A stretch of 43,573 bases of DNA. It comes from Catajapyx aquilonaris (lineage: Eukaryota). Made by a program: the position numbers and the translations under genes. A model generated the notes under the pieces. The model was not told the DNA's origin, made no database searches, and saw only the letters and a program-made list of their open reading frames with translations. Below, piece by piece: positions 36,935 to 43,573 of this stretch (its first letter is position 1; the number at the start of each line of letters is the position of its first letter). The DNA lies in NCBI GenBank assembly GCA_000934665.2, contig KZ538222.1, positions 62,001 through 105,573 of the forward strand, read 5' to 3'.

Positions 36935-39625
36935 TTGTGAGACTTACATAACTTGCTTTCATACAACCGGCCCTTAGTGAATATGTTTCACTCATATTTA
37001 TCCTTCTCCAGGCATAAATTAAAGCGGATTTTTTGTGCGCGTGCGTAATGATACTCAGCGTACTGTACTTACCCATCATGTAAAAAATGACACAGCTTCT
37101 TTAGGTTAGGGTAGATATGTTCATTTGGGGTAAACTTAGGTTTGTTTTGTTTTGGTTAGGTTCGACTTTTTATTTTATGACGTATGGGGTAAGCTAACTC
37201 ATCTTCCCATTGGTGATGGGTCAGTGTAACGTGTCTTTCTTGTTAAGCGCTTCCCGCTTATTTGTTCAACCTCGACGTCCAGTAAGGACTGAGAATTGCC
37301 CCCATATCTGGTGGCCTACATGGTTTTGGAATAGGAAGCTTTATATACAAGTATACCCGTGCCAGTAATGCAGATGTGAATGTTTCAGATCAAGCTAATA
37401 CCAATTAAAATGATGTTAAAACAGCACGATAAATAAGTTATTTGGAATCCTGCGCCTATCCTTTGCTCACGGAGTCTACTGTATAAAGATGTATTGTTGC
37501 ATCATAAAGAACGTTACCATTTAGCACTATTTCATCATAAATGTAGTAGGTATTACACAAGTATTTCACCATACACAGTAAATATCGCAATGTAATTATC
37601 GTAAGTATACAGCAGAAACGCGGTTGATAGACTGTCATATTTGCACGTCATCCATTAGTAGTTTTAAGAGCTGTGTATTTATTGTTATATAACAATGAAG
37701 GGGTTGTAAAAAGTGTAGTGGACTCTCAAAGAGGGCCATATTACAAGAAGCGGAACAAGTGCACATGTCTTCAAAGAAAAGATGTTAACAAAGCCTGACT
37801 CTGATGGCATTTCAGAAGCGCTGAAAGACACCACTATACTCTGAATGACCTGCGGTGCAAACGGCGAGTTTTATGTTTCGGCATATGGTTTTGACGTGAA
37901 GAAATCGCTCGAATTTGCGCCGTTGCAAGTGGCGGGCTATTACCCTTGCCTGAACAAATCAACATGTTTTTCTTTCTGCATGGCCACTAACGCAGCGTTA
38001 TTGGCAACGCGTTTATCCTGGCAGCAGATGGCAGAACTTCCGACCATGTTCCGCTGCATATTTCTCAGAACGAGCCTTTCTACCTATGCGTAGATGCTGT
38101 TTTCAGCAACAAGTTATTTTATTCATAGAGCCAGGTCAAATGACCAGCCGGATATATCCCGAACTGGAACACGTTGATGGACTGGACGATCCCATCTGCT
38201 GATGAAGCAATGAGTAATGACAATGTTGAGTCCCATTGTTAACTCGGCAAAGGTACAACCACGATATTCGATCAGCAGTTCACGACGCAATTTCCCAGGA
38301 CAAAAGCTACTCCAGGCTGGCAGGGCTGACAAAGATGATTGCGTAACTCTGGCCTTTGGCTGGTAGTCGGCCTGTTTTCGACACGATTGTCTTCTCCGTA
38401 ACGCCAGATTCCTTGCAGTATATGGGCGTTGCCTGCCCTTTCCCGAGGAGACCAGTCCACGTGTCGCATTTTTCTGGCCTCCAGGTCACGCATTGTGGAA
38501 AGTACTTGGTCGACAAATAGCGCTTTGGAAGGAAGGATTAGTGCTCAATAGAGATATAGTCGTCGTAGAAGGTTCGCTGGGATCAAAGTAAAGGACAAGG
38601 TGCATACCGGTTAAGCCGATTGAAACATCTTTTTTCATTCTTCCGGATGTGTATAGACAGCAAATCTGGGCTGAACTAGGTTTGTGTGCTATCCGTAAGC
38701 CCTATTTTCCTGCTTCACTCCAGGTAGGTGCTTTTCAACATCACGATGGAGACTCTCCTTGGGTTGAAAGGAGGGCAGTACTTGTCTGTCCACACTTACA
38801 AAACATCACTTTCTGCAGGAGCAGAAGTGGTAGAAAATGTGTCAAGGCCTTTGATCTGCAGAAAATAGCTCGTGTAAATATTATTCTCCGCAATCAAGTT
38901 CTTCTGGTTAAGTAGTTAAGGCACCACCCCAGAACAGTCTGGCTCTGCAATTTAGCAAAGTTGGAAACCGACTGCTTTAATTGCGGATTGCTGAAATAAC
39001 TCGGCATTTCTGCGTCTTTGAAGTGCGTGAAATTGTGTGGGTTTGGCTCGAGGGAATTTGCGAGGGGAAAAATAAACCGGAAGGGGCATGTTTGGAGTTG
39101 ATAGATGTAAGCAAAAGCAGCTGGTTTGTTCCGGATGTTTCAGTGGCTTGGAAAAAAGAAAGTACGCGGTCTCATTCTTGACCGCTGGGGGTGATACACT
39201 CCAGGCTGGGCCAATTTTTGCTCTGCCCATCCTTGCCCACCCCCATCGTCTCAGTAAGCTGTGCCCCCATTTGCAAGAGAACCAGTGATTGAAAGCTCTT
39301 AAAGAGTGATTTGGAGGTCTGCGAAAATTTCACATTAGCGCGGTGAAAGTGAAAGGCGGGAAATCTAATGTAATTATTGATCCGAGCATTATGTCAAAAT
39401 CTCTGAAACAGGTCAAAGGTCAAGCTCCACAATCTAAACCTCATTTCATTAAAATAACTGCAGCAGTTGGCAGCTGCTGAAAATTGACTGGTCCTTACGT
39501 AAGCAGAGACCTAACTGCTGATAGAGCAGGTACACTATTATTTTTGTGAAGATCATAGTCAGGAGATCAGGAATGGTCGGACATTCGGACAAAGCGGACG
39601 AGATTCTCAATGATTCATCTAATAA

Positions 39626-40439
39626 GGGAACCTCGCGAAGTGCTACTGGAACTTTATGTTGAAATTCATTTTTTTTTTCTGGCTCCTTACCTGCTAGAAA
39701 GAACATCCTCGATCTCAAGGGTTTTGGAGATACGGGGGTCAAAAGGTAAAAAAATGGAACAGTTTATGAAAGGCCCAGAGGAAGTTATCATTAGTGCTAT
39801 CGGTGGGATTCTTGGTAGGCTTCTCAGCAGTTTCTTGGGATGGGGAATATAATGGCAAAGCCGGAAATTGTGAATTATCAAGGGGCGGGATGGGGGGAGG
39901 TGGACGACAAAATAATTATTTAAAATCGGCATTTTCAACGGGTGGCAGGGTGTGCGTATGGAGAAGGAGCATGGTATGGGTCCGAAAGGCCAGCGACAAT
40001 CCGTGTTGGAGATGTCAAAGGTCGACATCTCCAAAACGGATTGACGCTGGCCTTTCGGACTCATGCCATGCTCCTTCCATACGCACGCCCTACCACCCGT
40101 TGAAAATACCGATTTTAAATAAATTTTTTGTCGCCCACCTCCTCCCCCCTCCCCCCCATCCCGCCCCTTGATAATGCACAATTTCCGGCTTTGCCATTAT
40201 ATTCCCCATCCCAAGAAACGGCAACCAAGAATCCAAGACCAAGACCAAGAATTTCTCCGATAGCACTATGATAGCTTCCTCCGGGCCTTTTATACAGTTT
40301 TTCTGACCTTTTGACCCCATATCTCAAAAACCCTTGAGATCGAGTATTTCTCTGGAAGGGGACTTTCATTCTAGCAGGAAAGGAACCAGAAAAAATTATT
40401 TCAACATGAAGTTTGCGCAGGATTTACCAAGGTTTCCCC
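39626..40439. mobile_element. About 810-bp foldback element
   Basis: Two about 400-bp inverted arms meeting near 40020; ends gggaacctcgcgaag... / ...ggtttccc. Confidence 0.88.
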
Positions 40440-40490
40440 AGATTTTCAAGAACGCCCTATTGAACGACGCCGACGGTGCGCACCTAAATC

Positions 40491-40908
40491 ACTAATTGGA
40501 CGGTGTATGCAATAATGAGTCAACCCACACGGGACCAGTTTTGAGAAAAAGGGCTTTGGAGGTCATACCTGTGAAATTAATTCAGTGTTCTTTTCGGTCA
40601 TTTATGGCAGAAGTATGCAGATGTCGCCAGCGTGATTTTAACTTAATGAAGTAGGACCCTTTAGGTGTAGGTTCCTGGGCTTAGCTCAATTTCAACATTT
40701 TTGTGGGTTGACAAATTATTGCATAACACCGTCCATGCACACCCTTTGTGAGGTAACTTTTCGATCATTTGTGGCAGAAATATGCAGATTTCGCCAGCTA
40801 GATTTTAACTGAATGAAGTACACTGTCCTTTGGGTGTATGTTCCTGGGCTTAACTCAATTTTGACATATTTGTGGGTTGATCCATTATTTCATAGCACCA
40901 TCCAATTA
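40491..40908. mobile_element. MITE-like element with about 38-bp TIR and internal about 165-bp tandem duplication
   Basis: ctaattggacggtgtatgcaataatgagtcaacccaca mirrored at 40871-40908; 40598-40735 repeated at 40766-40905. Confidence 0.75.
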
Positions 40909-41308
40909 GCAGTGAATAGTTAACGAAAGGCAGAGTCCACAATATATTGAGGGAAACTGGATATCGAAATCAACATCGTTAATGAAGGCTGATGTGCCGA
41001 CTTCTGTGGCTAAGTTGGGGAATGAACTTGAAGAATTTGGAAACCCCCTGGATTAGACATACCGCATGTTTCAGAATTGAGCTCACAGACATTTCGGCAG
41101 GAATCTCGAGGAGACACCTGTTCGTCTCTCCGGCTTACATCTTGACCTTATCACCTTATGCTATTCCCACAGCCACCGTACCCAACGACCAAGTGTGATC
41201 TATTATCTAAGGGACTGCTCCGGGTGCAAAGATCCGGCGGCCGCCCCTATGGTTATGAAGTTAAAGCCCGGATCGTTTGACAGGTTGTCGGGACTTTAAT
41301 CCTTTCAG

Positions 41309-41508
41309 ATCACGACGGGGCTGAGCCATCGGCCAACTCGGTGTCCGTCAACAACCTAATCCGGCTGTCCGTCTTCCTGGATCGTCCCAGCTACAGGGAC
41401 CATGCCGAGAAGATACTGGCGCGATATGGCGAACTGCTCTCCAAGTTGCCAATCACTCTCCCAGAGATGGCGTGCGGGCTCATGCGCCACCATCGCCTGC
41501 CCAAACAG
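41309..41508 (+). CDS. SPATA20: SPATA20-like exon (DHDGAEPSANSVSVNNLIRL...PKQ)
   Basis: Joins the previous exon in phase 1 to give KEDHDGAEPSANS; acceptor tttcag, donor gtcagc; 200 nt. Confidence 0.93.
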
Positions 41509-42135
41509 GTCAGCGTGGGTTTTTTTTTGGTTTTTTTTTCCAGGTGTGCTTTTTTGGAGGTGTCTAGAACATTTCTGAGACGGATATCGATCATTGTGGT
41601 GGGGGTGGACTAAATTCCTGGATGTCGCCTATCTGCGTTCCGCACAAAACTTGTGTCTCGAGGCTTGGAGGAAGTGGTTTTTAGGGTGCTGGACCACATT
41701 TTCAAATTAAATCTGGGTGCAGACATGGTTTGTGGCCAGCCCCTTTTTTTGGAGGGGGCTGGTGAACGCTGGGGCGAGTGTCAGTTCATAAGCGAACAGA
41801 GTAAAGTGCTTGTATCGATTAATTGGGTTCCAAATAACTCGGTAAACAATTTTTCGGTGGGGGGAAAATTTGCCGGGAGTCTGAAAATGCTTTGCAGTGC
41901 AGATTTTAAAATCAGGTTTGTGCCCGGGCAGAAATTTTCAAACGAGTGCACTGTTTGTGGGCCGGATATGTGGCTAGCTTTTGAGCTGCGTGTTCCAACT
42001 GTGGCACCATAATGGATATCGCCAAATGCCTAGTTGCATCGGTGCTCAATATGCGAAGTATATGATGATGGTCATGCATCATTGATAACACTGGATACGT
42101 ATAGATAATTTTTTATACAATGCATCTGATTTCAG

Positions 42136-42393
42136 ATTGTGATCACTGGTAAACCTGACGACGACCACTGTCGAGCCCTGTTAGATGTGGTGAAAAAGAG
42201 GCTGATACCCAGCAAGGTGCTAATCTTGGCAGATGGAGACCAAGGAAACATCTTGTACCGCAGTCTGGAAGTCCTCCGAAGCATGGAGGTGGTAGAAGGG
42301 GAGAGCAAGGCCTACGTCTGTCGCGACCGCGCTTGCTCCCTGCCCGTCACCACTCCGGAACAGCTGGCCACCTTGCTAGACGAGGCCCCGTAA
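42136..42393 (+). CDS. SPATA20: SPATA20-like terminal coding exon (IVITGK...AYVCRDRACSLPVTTPEQL..stop)
   Basis: C-terminal AYVC...CSLPVT motif; acceptor tttcag at 42130-42135; TAA ends at 42393. Confidence 0.93.
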   Translation: MVITGKPDDDHCRALLDVVKKRLIPSKVLILADGDQGNILYRSLEVLRSMEVVEGESKAYVCRDRACSLPVTTPEQLATLLDEAP

Positions 42394-42449
42394 TACCGCA
42401 AACCCTTCTATGCTACCCCCTCCCACCACATACCTTGGGTAAAAGGAGC

Positions 42450-42735
42450 CAAAGAGTGAAGTTTTTCCAGTTAGATGTAGGGTTAGTAACTTTCTTTGTT
42501 TTTTTGGTTTGTTTTTTGTTTTTTGTTTTTTTTTGGAATGAGTGCCAAAGATGGAAGTTTTTCCAGTTAGGTGTAGGGTTAGTAACATTTGTTTCCATTT
42601 GGAATGAGTGGCGAAGAATAACATTTTTCCAGCTGTAGATATAGGGTTAGAAACCTTTTTAAAATTTGAAATGATTGCAAAGTCAAGTTTTTCCAGTTAA
42701 ATGTAGGGTTATTAACCTTTTTTTCATTTGGAGTG
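42450..42735. repeat. Degenerate minisatellite in the putative 3' UTR (4 units)
   Basis: aagtttttccagttagatgtagggttagtaac-like core near 42459, 42555, 42623, 42686. Confidence 0.8.
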
Positions 42736-43117
42736 AGATTCAGTGAGGTTTGTTTGGAGACTGTTAGTATGGAGGTCATGTTGTGGGTCACATTGCCTCG
42801 CAAGTACCCAGTCGTTTAGTAGTTAGCGTGCTTTGTTGGCAGGCATACTTGTTTGTTTTTGAGCGACTGAAGTCCACGGTTGGTGTACATAAGTTGGGAA
42901 AGAGTCTAGGGCAGTTTTGCCACGGTTGTGGAGTTACAAAGAGTTTATCATTGCTGTTGTAGGGTGCCAGAATGGATGAGCTCAGTAGTTGGCATTGTGC
43001 GTAAATAGCACTTAGGTACCTGCTTTGTTTGGCCCCCCCGCGATGCTATATGATTTGACGTTCATTTGTCGCGTGCCACAGGATGTCGTGTCAAATCCAC
43101 GCCAGTTTGTATCCTAT

Positions 43118-43123
43118 AATAAA
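43118..43123 (+). promoter_or_regulatory. Candidate polyadenylation signal of the SPATA20-like gene
   Basis: AATAAA about 725 nt after the stop, followed by a T/C-rich tract. Confidence 0.45.
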
Positions 43124-43192
43124 AGTACATGACGCTTAGACCTCGTGTTCCTCTTTCTCCCTCTCTTTATTTTTCAGGACAACCCTTCCCAA

Positions 43193-43573
43193 TAGTCCAG
43201 GTGCTAAGGGACAAATTTGACCCAAACTTTGCATTTTGTGACAAAAGTATGAAACTCGGTACACTTGTTCTTTGGACACTTCTGATCATATCTGGACGTG
43301 GAGCCACGATGACCCACCCCGGTGGTGGTCCATTTCGCAGGGTTTCCATAACTACCAGATGCAGCATCCTTTTAGGACCTTGTATTGGGTGACAAAAACA
43401 TGAAACTCGCCACAATTGGTCTTTGGACACTTCTGAACATGTCTGGATGTGGGGCCATGATGACTGACCCCGCTGCGGGTCACTTGCAGGGCTGCCAGAT
43501 CTAACGGACCAAACATACATCTCTGCGAGGATCATGTGAATTGGGAGCTTGCATTCGGTGATAAAAACGTGAA
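43193..43573. repeat. Second, inverted and uninterrupted copy of the end of the 6570-8845 element; runs off the window
   Basis: Reverse complement aligns to 7476-7622 joined directly to 8618-8845. Confidence 0.88.

Noticed and set aside
30935..38210. Hammerhead ribozyme cores at ctgatga sites (about 30935, 35030, 38199)
   Set aside because: No matching stem II plus GAAA arrangement seen
38728..38915. HHDGDSP as a duplicated alternative of the DHDGAEP exon
   Set aside because: Similarity limited to 3-4 residues; the rest does not align
42450..42735. CRISPR-like repeat-spacer pattern
   Set aside because: Repeats degenerate, spacers homologous and low-complexity, eukaryotic context, no cas genes

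Overview
Eukaryotic (probably arthropod; TTAGG-type repeats, tRNA-SINEs, MITEs) genomic DNA. The + strand carries the last seven coding exons of a SPATA20-like gene (YyaL/thioredoxin + six-hairpin glycosidase-like family); all introns are GT-AG and the phases join into one reading frame ending at 42393. The introns (8.8 kb and 30.6 kb) hold many mobile elements with recognisable TSDs: 5'-truncated LINEs, about five tRNA-derived SINE families, hAT-, Harbinger-, Tc1/mariner- and Kolobok-type MITEs, and a tandem-repeat/foldback element. Most notable: (1) a modular retroposon system in which unrelated SINE heads share a covarying 3' stem-loop with the local LINEs, while one SINE family swaps tails; (2) a CpG-poor to CpG-rich shift inside the gene; (3) several near-loopless palindromes and a possibly invertible spacer. 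I found no supportable nested gene, CRISPR array or true RNA gene. All coordinates were read by eye and may be off by a few bases.
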